Made by a program: the position numbers and the translations under genes
Notes under the pieces: model-generated
Database searches by the model: none
Told to the model about the DNA's origin: nothing
The model's input: the letters and a program-made list of their open reading frames with translations, nothing else
Part shown: in pieces, positions 1 through 12,900 of the stretch
How the letters are laid out: every line of letters begins with the position of its first letter
Position numbering within the stretch: position 1 is the stretch's first letter
NCBI RefSeq assembly: GCF_001194135.2
Contig: NC_068984.1
Coordinates: forward strand, 39,794,427 to 39,843,251
DNA: 48,825 nt
Source: Octopus bimaculoides
Taxonomy: Eukaryota
Reading direction: 5' to 3'

Positions 1-37
1 GTCCAACCCATGCTAGCATGGAAAGCGGACGTTAAAC

Positions 38-73
<36 letters not shown>
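1..73 (-). repeat. End of a common interspersed repeat with (CAT/GAT)n terminus (family C)
   Basis: gtccaacccatgctagcatggaaagcggacgttaaacg(atg)n is the near-exact reverse complement of 11196-11232. Confidence 0.85.
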
Positions 74-914
74 ACTAAGGGTTTGGCATTTAAATAAAAG
101 CAAACAACTTAATCATTTTAACATCCATTAAAAATTTTAATGACTAGAAACCAAGTTCAGTTTTTACACACCAGCCTTTCTTCACTCCTTACCAAACTAC
201 TTTCCACATCTTTAAATCTAAGCAATTTATTCTCTGGCTGCACATGTGTTTGCCTTCCTCTTGTACTGATGTTTGTGTGCTGTTCATGCAAAAGGCATCA
301 TGTTTACAGTCTAAGGAAACATGTCTGTCTTTTGAGCTGTTCATTGTTTGAAGAACTTGGGAAAATGTTTTCTTGCTTGGAAATAGGTGAGGGTTGGCAA
401 CAGGATGAGCATCTGTCCTCAGAAACTCTGCTTCAACAAGTTTCATCTGACCCATGCAATCACAGAAAAGTAGACATTAAAACAATGATAATGATGATAA
501 TTTTACTGTTGGTTTTCTGACACTCAGATATTATCTATGAGAATGTTTGTGATCAAACATACTTTTAAGTCAGCATGTAATTTACTGAATTATGACAGCT
601 GAATAGTGAGGTAGTTAAATATAGTTATGATATATCTATACTGTAATAGAGAAAGCTTATTAATTAGTTGGAATTATGTAACTTTTACTAAAAGAAAGCG
701 GTTAATACAGGCTAGACTTTTTGAAAATTTTTAGAAATTCCAGTTTTAATATATTTTCATCAAAATGTGGTTTTGATGATTGTTTTATCATTGAATATTT
801 CAAGTACATACTTCAATCAGAAACTTATGAGGAAACAAATTCAGCATGCCACATTTCTGTAGTTATACCTTAAATTTACTCAGCCAGTGTTTACTATTAA
901 ACAAGTAGAAGATT

Positions 915-1482
915 CAATTACATTGACTGGTAATATGCCATATGGTTTCACCATTTTGTCCACAGATTCTGCACTTATCACTTTCTGATGTGTTGTCTAT
1001 TCTGTCTTTGATGTAATTGGTTCTTAATGCTTGCTTTTGGGCAGCACAGATTAGAGTCCCCGTTCCAGTTTTAAATCACTTTTTATCATCCATAACCATC
1101 TTTTTTCTTTGTCTGACTTATCTTCAACATCCCTATGAAATTGTCCATGCATTCTTTCCTTTATCCACCTATTTTCAGTTTCATTCATTCTCAAGTGTTT
1201 ATACAGTGCTTTATCTTTGCAATCTTCCATCCTACACAAGCCTAACCTTCTTCCAATTATAGTAGTTCTGTGGCATTTTTCACATACCATGCTATGTTGT
1301 TTTCTTCTGCTCTAATGCTGTGTTTGCATCCAATCAGTCCTCTTCTCCATCTTTTTCCTTGTACATACAGTCTGTCTGTGTCACTTTTTGGGTGGAGTGT
1401 CCCATATCTAGTCAACAACTTTCTTATCTTTCTGTCTAAACTGTTTAGTTCATCTACTATCCATGTGATTACCCCTGCTCCC
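915..1482 (-). mobile_element. Degenerate R4/Dong (Rex6-like) non-LTR retrotransposon fragment
   Basis: Minus-strand translation with frameshifts gives LHPKSDTDRLYV, MHGQFHRDVEDKSDKEKRWLW..DLK, LICAAQKQALRTNY and the zinc knuckle CRICGQNGETIWHITSQC typical of RLE-clade LINEs. Confidence 0.8.

Positions 1483-1531
<49 letters not shown>
1483..1531. repeat. (TAT)n microsatellite
   Basis: directly visible. Confidence 0.97.
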
Positions 1532-1858
1532 GGCATGCTGGAAGGCTGCACCAGACTCCAATCTGATTTGGCATGTTTTCTGTGGCAGGATGACCTTCCT
1601 AACACTAACCACTCCAAGAGTGTAATGGGTGCTTTTACATGCCATTTGTGTCACACTGGTATCTGCCACAACTGCGATACCTGTGTCATTCAAATAGCAT
1701 GTAAAAGCACCCATTACACTCTTGGAGTAGTTGGCATTAGGAAGAGCATCCAGCCATATCAGACTGGATTCTGGTGCAGCATGCCAGCCCTGGTCAAACC
1801 ATCCAACTCATGCCAACATGGACAACGGACGTTAAATGATGATTATTATTATTATTGA
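1532..1858. repeat. Inverted pair of family C repeats (fold-back)
   Basis: arms 1588-1642 and 1697-1751 are reverse complements, inner 32 bp perfect; outer similarity 1545-1567 vs 1758-1780. Confidence 0.9.
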
Positions 1859-2267
1859 ATGAGAGAGCCATGCATGCTATCAAAGTAACACTGAGGTACA
1901 AATGTACAAAGTCCAATACACCCATCATGACTACCTGTCTGATCGGGGTACACCAAGCACATGCATCATATGTGCATGATATGGTGATCTCATATCAAGA
2001 TAAACAGCACATGACCTTGCAGGTGGAGCCCAGTTAGAATTTTCTTCAGGTTGAGTAGCCCATCCCACTCAAATGGTCCTTGAATAAGGGTTGTTTAAGA
2101 ATGTTGAACCAAACACACGTTTCCACATAGGTGAGTTATTCAAACCCCAAAGAATTCCTCTCAACACATGGCTATGATGCTCCCCAACTACTCCTGCTCA
2201 TGATCAGAGATGCACATATTGTTAGCCACTTAGGGACATGTTCAACTGCCTGGTAGTGCATCAGGGC

Positions 2268-2308
<41 letters not shown>

Positions 2309-2310
2309 TT
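1859..2310. repeat. Interspersed repeat flanked by (ATT)n tracts (probable retroposon 3' end/SINE)
   Basis: higher-GC block bounded by ATT repeats on both sides; no coding motif recognised. Confidence 0.5.
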
Positions 2311-3373
2311 ATTATTTTCATGATGATTTTTAAATTTTTAAGCAAAAACAAAAATTCCTTTATCTTTATGAATGCTTACAAGACTCTTGTAATGGAAATA
2401 TATATATTCAGTTAGAATTACAAACTCATGCCTATAATCTTTGTAACCAGATATTCTTTTTTACCAAACAACATATCCAATTTATTTTAAAGATCTTAAT
2501 ACTGTTGAAGAAACTTTTTCTTTTAATTAGACTACTTATTAAGATATCTAAAATTTATAAATTTTACCTGACAAATAAAGTAAAGCTTATTTAAAGAAGA
2601 AAAATATTGTAACTTAAAAACTAACATATTAAGTTATAAATAGGCTGCATTAAATTTCTTTTTTATTTTTGCATTTTTACAAAATTTTAAATGATCTTTA
2701 TATAGCACTTTATTTCTTAAATTTCCTTCTCATATAGGTTTAAGTGAGCTTTGTGACATTTCTTTCCTAGCAGATACATGACTCCAAACCAAAACAAAAA
2801 AAAAGCATAACATCTGCCAGAAATATATTTCTGTATAGAATGTCCATGTGAATGAACAGTGATAAATTGTTAAATTCGTGAAATTAGAGTTACGAAAAGA
2901 GATTGGAGTTTGAGTTTTTGATTACATAGTCAATTGCAAGTTAGTATTTAAGAGAAGCATGTGTATGTCTCTCTATTTCACTCACTCACATTTTCCTATA
3001 GGCTGTTTTTGTGTATCACGGCTTTTTCTACCTTTTTCAAAATCCAAAATGTAAACTTGCCAACTTTTAGAATACCATTGCTATAGGGAATATATTTAAA
3101 TTAATGTTTTACATGATATTTCAAATTTTGTAGACCAAAATAAAAATAGATGTTTTTTGTTTTATTCAGCTGATCATCTTGCAGATTTAGTAAACTGGCT
3201 TTACTTGAACATTTATTTTCCATCTCCAAACACTCGGCAACTTTCTATATTCTATGACTGTTTTGCAAATCAGAATTGTATTTCTAGACTGAACTCAGAT
3301 TCTAAAATCTTAAATTGTTACTTTCACTTTTTTATATACTGTATTAAATACTTTTTACACTCTTCTCCAGATT

Positions 3374-3545
3374 AGGCAGTGAATTATCAGAATTGTAAGA
3401 GCATTGGATGAAATGCCTTGCAGTATTTATTCTGACACCTTACATTATGAGTTCAAATCCTGCCATGGTCAACTTTGCCTTTCATCTCTCCAGAGTTGAT
3501 AAATAATGTACTGCATAGTGACAGACTAGCACAAATGTTAGCACA
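3374..3545 (+). mobile_element. tRNA-derived SINE, family B (degenerate)
   Basis: gagttcaaatcc B-box-like motif followed by gtcaactttgcctttcatc; reverse copies at 6508-6720, 37070-37270 and 38640-38760. Confidence 0.65.
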
Positions 3546-3608
3546 TCAGAGATACCTTACAGTACTTATTCTGGTGCAATGTGGTCTGAGTTTAGATCTC
3601 TCCTACTT

Positions 3609-3622
3609 GTATATATATATAC

Positions 3623-3686
<64 letters not shown>

Positions 3687-4126
3687 NNNNNNNNNNNNNN
3701 NNNNNNNNNNNNNNNNNNNNNNNNNNNNNNNNNNNNNNNNNNNNNNNNNNNNNNNNNNNNNNNNNNNNNNNNNNNNNNNNNNNNNNNNNNNNNNNNNNNN
3801 NNNNNNNNNNNNNNNNNNNNNNNNNNNNNNNNNNNNNNNNNNNNNNNNNNNNNNNNNNNNNNNNNNNNNNNNNNNNNNNNNNNNNNNNNNNNNNNNNNNN
3901 NNNNNNNNNNNNNNNNNNNNNNNNNNNNNNNNNNNNNNNNNNNNNNNNNNNNNNNNNNNNNNNNNNNNNNNNNNNNNNNNNNNNNNNNNNNNNNNNNNNN
4001 NNNNNNNNNNNNNNNNNNNNNNNNNNNNNNNNNNNNNNNNNNNNNNNNNNNNNNNNNNNNNNNNNNNNNNNNNNNNNNNNNNNNNNNNNNNNNNNNNNNN
4101 NNNNNATATATATATATATATATATA
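3609..4126. repeat. (AT)n microsatellite spanning assembly gap 3687-4105
   Basis: AT run on both sides of the N run. Confidence 0.95.
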
Positions 4127-4417
4127 ATAAGAATAACCTGGGCAAAGTTCAGAGAGCTCCTACCTCTGCTGGTGACAAAGGGCCTCTCACTTAGAGTAAA
4201 AGGTAGACTGTATGACGTATGTGTACAAACAGCCATGCTACATGGCAGTGAAACATGGGCCGTGACTGCTGAGAACATGCGTAAGCTTGCAAGGAATGAA
4301 ACCAGTATGCTACGCTGGATGTGTAATGTCAGTGTGCATACACAACAGAGTGTAGGTGCCCTGAGAGAAAAGTTGAATTTAAGAAGCATCAGATGTGGTG
4401 TGCAAGAGACACAACTG
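4127..4417 (+). mobile_element. RTE-clade LINE fragment (post-RT region)
   Basis: IRITWAKFRELLPLLVTKGLSLRVKGRLYDVCVQTAMLHGSETWAV...LARNETSMLRWMCNV; paralogous to 46150-46710. Confidence 0.85.
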
Positions 4418-4649
4418 TTAGCGTTCTTTATTAGTATTGATTCGTGAATATACAATTGTATTGGATAATTAGTGCAAACATGTAAACAATTTATTATACA
4501 CTGAAATTATTGTTACGTGAAGAAAGCTGTGAAACAACCATAATCCTAAGGATGACAAGTGGTTAAATAAATATAGTCACCTCTCATACCTCGTGACATT
4601 TTATGGTTTGTATCATCATCATCATTGTTTAATGTCTGCCTTCATTTCA

Positions 4650-5450
4650 TTTTATTTTATTTCAAACCATTTCATTTCTCACCATTTTGATTTCCAAGAT
4701 TCTTTGTGATGGTTTGTTTTCAAAGATTCTAAAACAAGTAGCTATGATTTGATTGGTATGCCATGATTTTCTTCCATATATTAGAACACTTCTTGTAGTT
4801 TAATTTTCATATGGAGTATCAGTCTATGTGATTTCCACTTATTTGAAAGCATTTCCTTGGCTTAATTTTCTTTCTTAAATCCTTCATTAAATTCAATTTC
4901 TAAAGAACCATCACAACACAGTCCTTATAATTTTACTTATAACGGTGTATATTTTTAAGCTTTCATGTATTTCATCAGGCTTATACACCATTATTTATAT
5001 TTTTGTATTCTGTTTTGTAATCAAATCAATGTTGTAATTCAAATCAGCCAAATAACTTTCCATAAATCCATTCATTTCCTTCTCTTTCCTTCTCTTCCTT
5101 TGTGGTGTAGTTTATTAGAACAACATACATGAAAGTTGATAAAACACCCCCTTGTAGCATTCCGCAACTAACTTCAAATTCATTTGAGAATTGATCAAAT
5201 GCACATACTCAGCAGTTACTTACTTCCTTGATGTATTGCACTTATGGGATTGACATATTTTTCCAATAAATCATAGTAATGTAGTACCTTCTATGGTGTA
5301 GACCAATGTATATTATCAATGGTCCTTTGAAAGTCTACAAAAACTACTATCAAAGGCTGTTAGAAAATACTTCATCAAATAAGCACCTCCTCTTTTCCAA
5401 AAATTTCCATGAATCCCTATTTTTAATAAGAGGTCCCATTTTTAAGGAAG
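4650..5450 (-). mobile_element. Heavily degraded non-LTR reverse transcriptase remnant
   Basis: Minus-strand pieces DFQRTIDNIHW and NEFEVSCGMLQGGVLSTFMY resemble DFxKAFDSI and GVRQGCVLSPxLF; many stops. Confidence 0.55.
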
Positions 5451-5517
5451 TTATTTGAATTTTTAGCTTTTTTTTTTCTCAACATTAAATGAATGTGTAT
5501 ATAATATATATATATAT

Positions 5518-5875
5518 AGGAGTGGCTTGCTTACCAACCATATGGTTCTGGGTTCAGTCCCACTGTGTGGCACCTTGGGCAAGTGTCTTCTATAGCCGAC
5601 CAAAGTCTTGTTAGTGGATTTGGTAGACGGAAACTGAAAGAAGCCCATCGTATATGCATATATATGTGTGTGTGTGTATCTGTGTTTTACACCTACTATC
5701 GCTTGACAACCAATGCTGGTGTGTTTATGTCCCCATAACTTAGCGATACAGCAAAAGTGACTGATATAATAAGTACTAGGCTTACAAAAAATGAGTCCTG
5801 TGATCGATTTGTTTGACTAAAGGCAGCGCTCCAGCATGGCTGCAGTCAAATGACTGAAACAAATAAAAGAATAGA

Positions 5876-5878
<3 letters not shown>
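5518..5878 (+). mobile_element. tRNA-derived SINE, family A
   Basis: same head and body as the 24806-25178 copy; followed by (CA)n 5879-5917. Confidence 0.85.
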
Positions 5879-5918
<40 letters not shown>

Positions 5919-6104
5919 GCATATAGAAAGCATATAGTGTGTGTTTTTGTTGGCATACTATACAACGCGCTTAGGTAACAATGTACTTATGCTGCTTGTT
6001 TCACCTGCTTTAACCCATTTGCTTTCAGTCAGATATCTGTAAAAGGTTAAAATCTAATTCACATATTTAACACTGAAAATTAGTTTATTCTGAAATTTGC
6101 AAAA

Positions 6105-6425
6105 CATCAGGTGCAGATGTGGTTGAGAAGGTTGAGAAGGTTGCTTTCCAACCATGTGATTCAGTCCCATTACACAGCACCTTCAGCAAGTGTCTTCTAC
6201 TATAGAGGTCCATATATATATATATGTTTATGTGTATTTTGTGTGTTGTTGTCTTGACATAATGTGATGGCTGTAAAACAAGCATCACCATCATAGAAAT
6301 AATGTTGTTCATTTCTAGTTTTGTAAAAAACATGTCTGGTTATGAGAAATATTACCTTGCTTAGTTACAAGCGAAGGTTGGTAACAGGAAGGACATCCAC
6401 CTATAGAAAATCTGTCAATTATTAT
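6105..6425 (+). mobile_element. Degenerate family A SINE variant
   Basis: caggtgcagatgtggttgagaag...gattcagtcccattacacagcaccttcagcaagtgtcttctactata head. Confidence 0.65.
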
Positions 6426-6507
6426 CAAAATTACTAATTCTAGTAAAATGGGGCAAGGGGAACAACTTTGAAATTATTAATTTCACTTAATTGAATATAA
6501 AATAATG

Positions 6508-6720
6508 ACTTCAAATTTTGGCACAAGGCTAACAATTTCAGGGGTGGTTTAAGTCAATTACATTGATCCCAGTACTCAACTGGTACTTATTTTATTGACC
6601 CCAAAAGGACAAAAGGCAAAGTCAACCTTGGCAGAATTTGAACTCAGAACATAAAAGTGGATGAAATGTTGCTAAGCATTTTACTCAGCATGCAAACAAT
6701 TCTGCCAACCTGCCGCCTTT
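6508..6720 (-). mobile_element. Family B SINE, reverse orientation
   Basis: aggcaaagtcaaccttggcagaatttgaactcag is the reverse complement of the 3447-3485 motif. Confidence 0.7.
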
Positions 6721-7598
6721 AATTAAATATAAAATAATAGAACCAGTTTAATTTATAAATTTAGCATCATAAAATTTACAATAACTACTATTATGGCATA
6801 CGATCCTCTATATTGTTCGATTTTATGTAATCTTCACCTAAGCTTATTGATAAATACAACCACCCACTCACTTCTTTTTTTCCCTCTATCATCCTGCAGC
6901 TGTCTCACTTCATAGTTCTTGAACTTAAACACTTTACCTAATCATTTTTAACTAGAACTTCACACTTCTTAAATTCATTCAATGTTTGGGTTTTTTTCTT
7001 TCCATCCACTCATCAAACTCCAAATCATTTGAACTAGCCATTAATCACTTTAACTTCACCCAATTATCTTTAGGGTGACTGTAAAAATTATGTGACATTT
7101 TTTTCCTCTCATCATATGAATGAAAAAGTAATTGAATATGTGGGAGAAAATGTTTTATTTCAGGAAGTTACAGTGTGCATCAGTTTATTTTTCCTGATTA
7201 TACATTAGCAGCTTGGTGCTATTTATTACTTTCAGGTTTTGCAAAATAAGAATCAATATCAAATTAATTGTTGTTGGTGACGGTGGCAGCCGTCGTCTTT
7301 GTTGTCATCTTTCCTAGTGACAGGTGGAGATAGCTGGATCAGTTTCAATTCTCTCATTCAGTAAACTTTGTCTATTATACCTCTAGAGACTACTAAATAA
7401 ATGATATATTGGAATCAGTTCAACAATCTCTGTAAATTATTGGTTGCACAGAAACAATTTAATTTGTGCCTACATAAAAGAAATGCTTGTTCTCAGTGTT
7501 CTTCATCTTTCCTAAATATATGATGTTTAATTCCTAATTAAAAACCAACTTGTCATTTTTCTTCAATAAAAACATTGGTTTCCTTGTATCCTCTAAAG

Positions 7599-7837
7599 CA
7601 GTGGCTCTCAACTATTTTTTTCTTATGGACCTCTTTGGTTCCTATTTTATTCAGATGGACTCTCATAACCATTTGATGTTTTAAAAAATGCTATTACATT
7701 TTTTATTAGGAATTGTATTGAAGAAAAATGTTAAAATATTTTGTGTATTGTAGAAGTATAACCAATTTATTTCACACAAATTTTAAAATCTTTTACTAAT
7801 CCCTAAAAGCTATATGAACTCCTATTGAGAACCACTA
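7599..7837. mobile_element. hAT (Charlie/MER5-like) MITE
   Basis: TIRs cagtggctctcaac ... attgagaaccacta; 8-bp flanks ctctaaag / ccttaaac resemble a decayed NTCTAGAN-type TSD. Confidence 0.7.
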
Positions 7838-8229
7838 CCTTAAACCCATCCTCATTTGACTTAAGCATGTGTGTGTGTGTGTGTGTGTGTGTTCCTTAGC
7901 AGGGTCTCCACTCTCAACAAATTTGTTTAACTCCAATAAGAACTGTCTTGGACCCTAAGGAATTGTACAACTCCTGTTGGTATGGCTGACAGATTGACCT
8001 ATCCCATCATTAGGTCCACCTATTCCACCCATCCCATTACTATTACCACTTTTCCCCTTCCCCTCTCCTTCACACTAACCCCTGACAGTACTCTTTCCCT
8101 TCCCCTCCCTTCAGTCATCTTTATACCCCACCCCAACACTACTCTCTCTATTATTCTCTCCATTACCAGCTTCTCACAATAAATATTCCTGAAAAGATTG
8201 GATTCTCTCTTTCACTTTGCTAGATGAGC

Positions 8230-8520
8230 CCCAGCAGTGCTGGTGCTGCTAAAAGCACCCAGTACACTAAATAATTGGTAATCGATTCAAGCAGCAGTCA
8301 TGTAGGGCTTGAGTTGGTTCTTTAGTCTTGTTGATGGTAAGGTAACTGCTATAGTGATGGTGTATGAAAATATTCATCTAGTACACCTTGTATAGAAGCT
8401 GGTGTTAGGAAAGAGGAAAGGTATCCAGCCATAGAATCATTCCAGAAATATAACATTGGAGCGATGAACCATTCTATCAATGCCAGCGTGGGAAGAGAAC
8501 AGACAATGATAATGATGATT
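8230..8520 (-). repeat. Degenerate family C repeat, reverse orientation
   Basis: ggtgttagga..ggtatccagccatagaa...atgccagcgtgggaag...atgataatgatga. Confidence 0.6.
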
Positions 8521-9870
8521 TTATACATGTGCTTGTGAATATATGCATGTATATATGCTATAAATGTTTATATTACTAATCATACAAAATTTATTTGCAC
8601 ATGCTTTTTTTTTAAGCTTTTCTTGTCCTTATATATTTCTAATCCATTTTATTGTCAATTAGATTGTTATTCATTGGGTAATATTATGATGTCAAACATA
8701 AGCAAAAGATAGTCATAGTCCCTGGGTCCTTCCTTACAGAATAAAAATACTCATATCAGCTTTTTTGCTCATTTAACTAGAGAAAACAGTGAGTAATCTA
8801 TCCCATACAATCACTCATTCATATAAAGAATGGATTGTCAGAGGGTATGATTTTTAGTAAAGAATTTTGCTTCCAAAATACATAAGTATAATATATGTAT
8901 AATGACATGTTCTAAATTATTATAATGTGCTTCTGATAACATGCATTTCTTACTGTTTTTACAGTCATTTCTGTACTATTATATTCTTCTATATTTTGGA
9001 GCAATAATTTGCATCTTTTTTTGGGTGGGGAGCTGAGTCTGGAAGAAGGGACACTGCTCATGACCTTCACAGGCCCTTCTTGTCATTAATGTTCCATTTA
9101 AACTATTGCAGATAAACAACTGCAAAGAATTCATGAGCAGATTCCAGGAGGCTGGTTTCTGGGAAGTCCTTGCTGGAAACAATGGTTTGTCAGGAGGTGG
9201 GATGCTATAAAGGTAACAGGAAGTGGAGAGATGGGTGGATTGTGGGAGGGTGGCTGAAATACAATCTGTTTAAATAAACACTAGAATCAATTCCATCAAT
9301 AGCTATGTGTTACAAAAGTAATCTTTATTTTTATTTTCAATCTTCTCCTCTCCTACAACTGAAATGACTACTGTTTACACTAGTAATTTTATCCACCTCC
9401 TCCCCAGGCATGAAAAGTGGTATTAACTCTACCAGAAATTTAACTCAGGATCTAGTTTTAAAAAGTTATGTACAGTCCAAAGTTTAGTCTCATATTCTTA
9501 TGTTTCTATCTTTTTCACAGTCCTTTTCTGCATGCACCCCGCCCCATATGTGTGTGTATGTATGTATGTATTACAGTTTATAATGTTTTCTGTGGGAATT
9601 ACATATGAGATTATGTTGATGATAATGGGTTTTTATTTCTTTCTATAATATCTCTTTTGGTAGGTTATCCAAACTACTGAATCATAATTAGGCACACACT
9701 GACTATTTTCTTTCTCTCTTTCTATATATATATGTGTGTGTGTGCGTGTGTATTCATACACGCATTCACCAGCTATTTTACATTTGGAATCAGTTTAGTG
9801 ACCACTGTACATTATTAAAATGTTGGTATTTCCTGATTTTTTCAAAAATCATCAATTTTGTTTATTCCAG

Positions 9871-9911
9871 TCTCCTCAAGCATCAATTGAAGATCCACAG
9901 CTAAATATTAT
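9871..9911 (+). CDS. R3HDM1/2 (enc): R3HDM-like exon A (41 nt): SPQASIEDPQLNI(M)
   Basis: tttattccag|TCT...AT|gtaagt; phase 0 to 2; AT plus the G of the next exon gives ATG in frame. Confidence 0.8.
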
Positions 9912-12900
9912 GTAAGTCTTTTTTTGTCTTCTTGATTTGTATTTTATCATTTCTGAAAATGCTATTTTTTTTTTACTACGATATGCATTGCTGTTGAAAA
10001 AAAAAACTAAAAATAATACTTACTTTTTCTTTCTGTAATAAACAATCTTTTACAAATATAAAGGAACTGTATCCTAGGGAAATCATTTTTAAACTTGTAG
10101 AGTAAATGATTGATTGCTTCAATAATAAAATAAGCATTAAACACAAATGGATTAAATATTAGCATAGCAAGAGAGGTTGGTAAGTTCAGGATGCTGGTTA
10201 ATGTAATGTGAAAATATATATGTAGTTTCTATTAGGGAAGAAATTTAGAGATTCAGTATAATTTACATGAGCTAATGCTTGGGAAACTATTAAGAATGTA
10301 ATAGTGAATGCTGAAATTAATAGCTTCATCTTCTTTTATAACTGGCATTGAAAGAAAATATTTTCTCCAAATGATATAAACATAACTTTTCCTACTAATT
10401 GGTATGCAGACTAAACTCTTATATATGCCAGGAGTTCTTGGAACTTTTTTTTTTTTTTTTTTTTCATATTTTGCTCAATTTAAAAGGAAGAAAATAATCC
10501 TTTAGATGTCAATTTAGAGTGATATCAATTTTAATGCCGAAAACATCAAACAACTTGAGGAATTCGATATAATTGCTTTTAGAATTAACAGCATTTAACT
10601 ATAAAACAATATTTACATTTGATCCAATTACATCCTACTTAATCAAAATACCTTTAAATACAAACTACATATTTATATTATACCATTAATTTTCAGGAGA
10701 AAGCTGTCTCGACCTGCTAGCTTAGGTGGCAGTAAGGAAGATCTTGGTTCAAGACCTTGGAGCAGTACGGACTCCTCTAGTGGTTATGGTACAGATAGCT
10801 CAGTTAAATCCAGAATGCCAGTTACAAAAGCTGGTAGCTTTGGTGGCTTCTCTAGTTCTCATAATGTTAAGACTGGCATCTACAGGGGTGCAAGTTTATC
10901 AAAAACAGGTTTGTTAATCTTATATTTTTTTCTTTTTTTTTTTTTAGATATTATGTCTGTGGTGTAATTATTTTTCCTTTCCATCATGCTAGCTAGACAT
11001 ATAATAAATTTCATTGCAGAAATATTGATACATTTTAAAATCCATTCAAACTTAATCTTAAATTATAATGACAATGTACAAAATATCAGTACCTTATATG
11101 TTTGTGGTTTATACACAAGGAAACTTGGTAGATCTTTAGAGCCATATCCATATAAAAAAAGAAGAAAAACATTATCTAGTTTTGTCGTCGTCGTCGTTTA
11201 ACGTCCGCTTTCCATGCTAGCATGGGCTGGACGATTTGACTGAGGACTGGTGAAACCAGATGGCTACACCAGGCTCCAATCTGATTTGGCAGAGTTTCTA
11301 CAGCTGGATGCCCTTCCTAACGCCAACCACTCAGAGAGTGTAGTGGGTGCTTTTACGTGTCACCCGCACGAAGGCCAGTCAGGCGGTACTGGCAACGGCC
11401 ACGCTCATCTCGCTCGAAAAACCTCATGTGTCACCCGCACAAGAGCCAGTCCAGGGGCACCGGCAACGATCTCGCTCGAAAATCCGAGGATATTTTTAAT
11501 GAAAATACAGGACAATTTTTCTGTTGCTTTTTTTTATTCATTTTGATCAAAATTTAAATACATACAATAAAAGGACTAAACTACTTTCAGTTTAATTATT
11601 GTATTAACAAAATTGAGCAGTTAATTTCAGCCCTCTTCTTTCTCAAATCCTTGTTCCAGTAAATATAATTATTTGACTTTCTGAAGTTTTGAAAACAGTG
11701 TGGGCTCTGCTAAAGGCACCCAAGGATCAAGCGATGGTGGTATTAATTTCTGGCCATATATTAGGCTTTTCCACATAATGCATCAGAAACTTAGATATTC
11801 TAAAAATCATAGAAATAGAAACAAATTTATAAAAAATCAGCTATAAAAAAAAACTTCAGTGTGTACACATGATATATTGCCTTAACTACCCTTAAAAATG
11901 AATTCATCAAAAAGAATAAACTCCTTTCTATATCCATAAAATTTATCTAGGCGTGATTGATTTTTATTGTTCTATTTTATTCAAGCACATAATCTTACAA
12001 ACTGGCTTATTATGAATCAAGTTTTGATTAAAATATCTCCATTTTAATCTTTTTGATATAAACCTGCTTGAAACTACCTCTGGTTATGAATCAAAACCTC
12101 TAATTTTAAAGGATTTGCTTTTTAATTAGAATCTTTCATCATAATTTCATGTAAGAACCTTTTAAGTTATGTTCCAAATACCAGCTTAGTAATGAAAAAA
12201 AAAACCCCAGATATTTTGCTGCTAAATTCTTGATTATTTCCAAAATCAATTGAAATACAAAGAATGTGTATTTCACTTCAAACATGGTGATGAATAAGTT
12301 ATGATACAGTATTGCTACTCATTTACATTTGTTGCTAAATAGTTTCTTCCAGTATCTTAACTTTTCTAGTTGAAAAAGAACCTTACACTCCTTACAGTAT
12401 GTTTCCATGGAAACCACGTGTAGTACAGAGACTGATTCATAAAAAACAGGATTTTCTCTTCAGAGCAAGAAATTACTTAAACCTTCAAATAGTCAGTGCA
12501 AACAGCCCTTATGCTACTGCTTATCTCTGAAGGAAGAATTTTACATACACACATACATCCTAAAGTTTACATCAATGTAAAATTTGTCTGATAAACAGGC
12601 TTTCAGTCAACAACATTTTACAACCAGTGACCAAACACTGAGCTGCTTTCTTTCCTCTGTTCCTACAAATGAAACTATAATGGCCTCTACTTTTATGAAC
12701 TTATTGTTTGTATATTACTCTTACCTGAAGCCACACAAATACTTTGGTCAATTCTTTTCTCCTTGGAATTATTTCAATCTCTACTGCCTTTTCATTTTCT
12801 TTAACTTCTAAACTCTGCCAATTTTTCCTAGATGTCTCTGCACTCCAGAAAGACTTGTAAATCTCCACTCTGACCCCACTTCTTCAGATTAACTTATGAA

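Noticed and set aside
3475-4455. Long ORFs across the first gap (also 24470-24724 and 42044-42743)
   Set aside because: Read-through of (AT)n and N runs
4941-4992. Minus-strand CTGATGA...GAAA inside an 11-bp stem (hammerhead-like)
   Set aside because: Stem II too short, no stem III or cleavage triplet; lies in a decayed RT remnant
1-9870. Search for R3H/SUZ-coding exons
   Set aside because: No exon with an EEREEEY..RERIF or R3H motif seen; presumed upstream of the window
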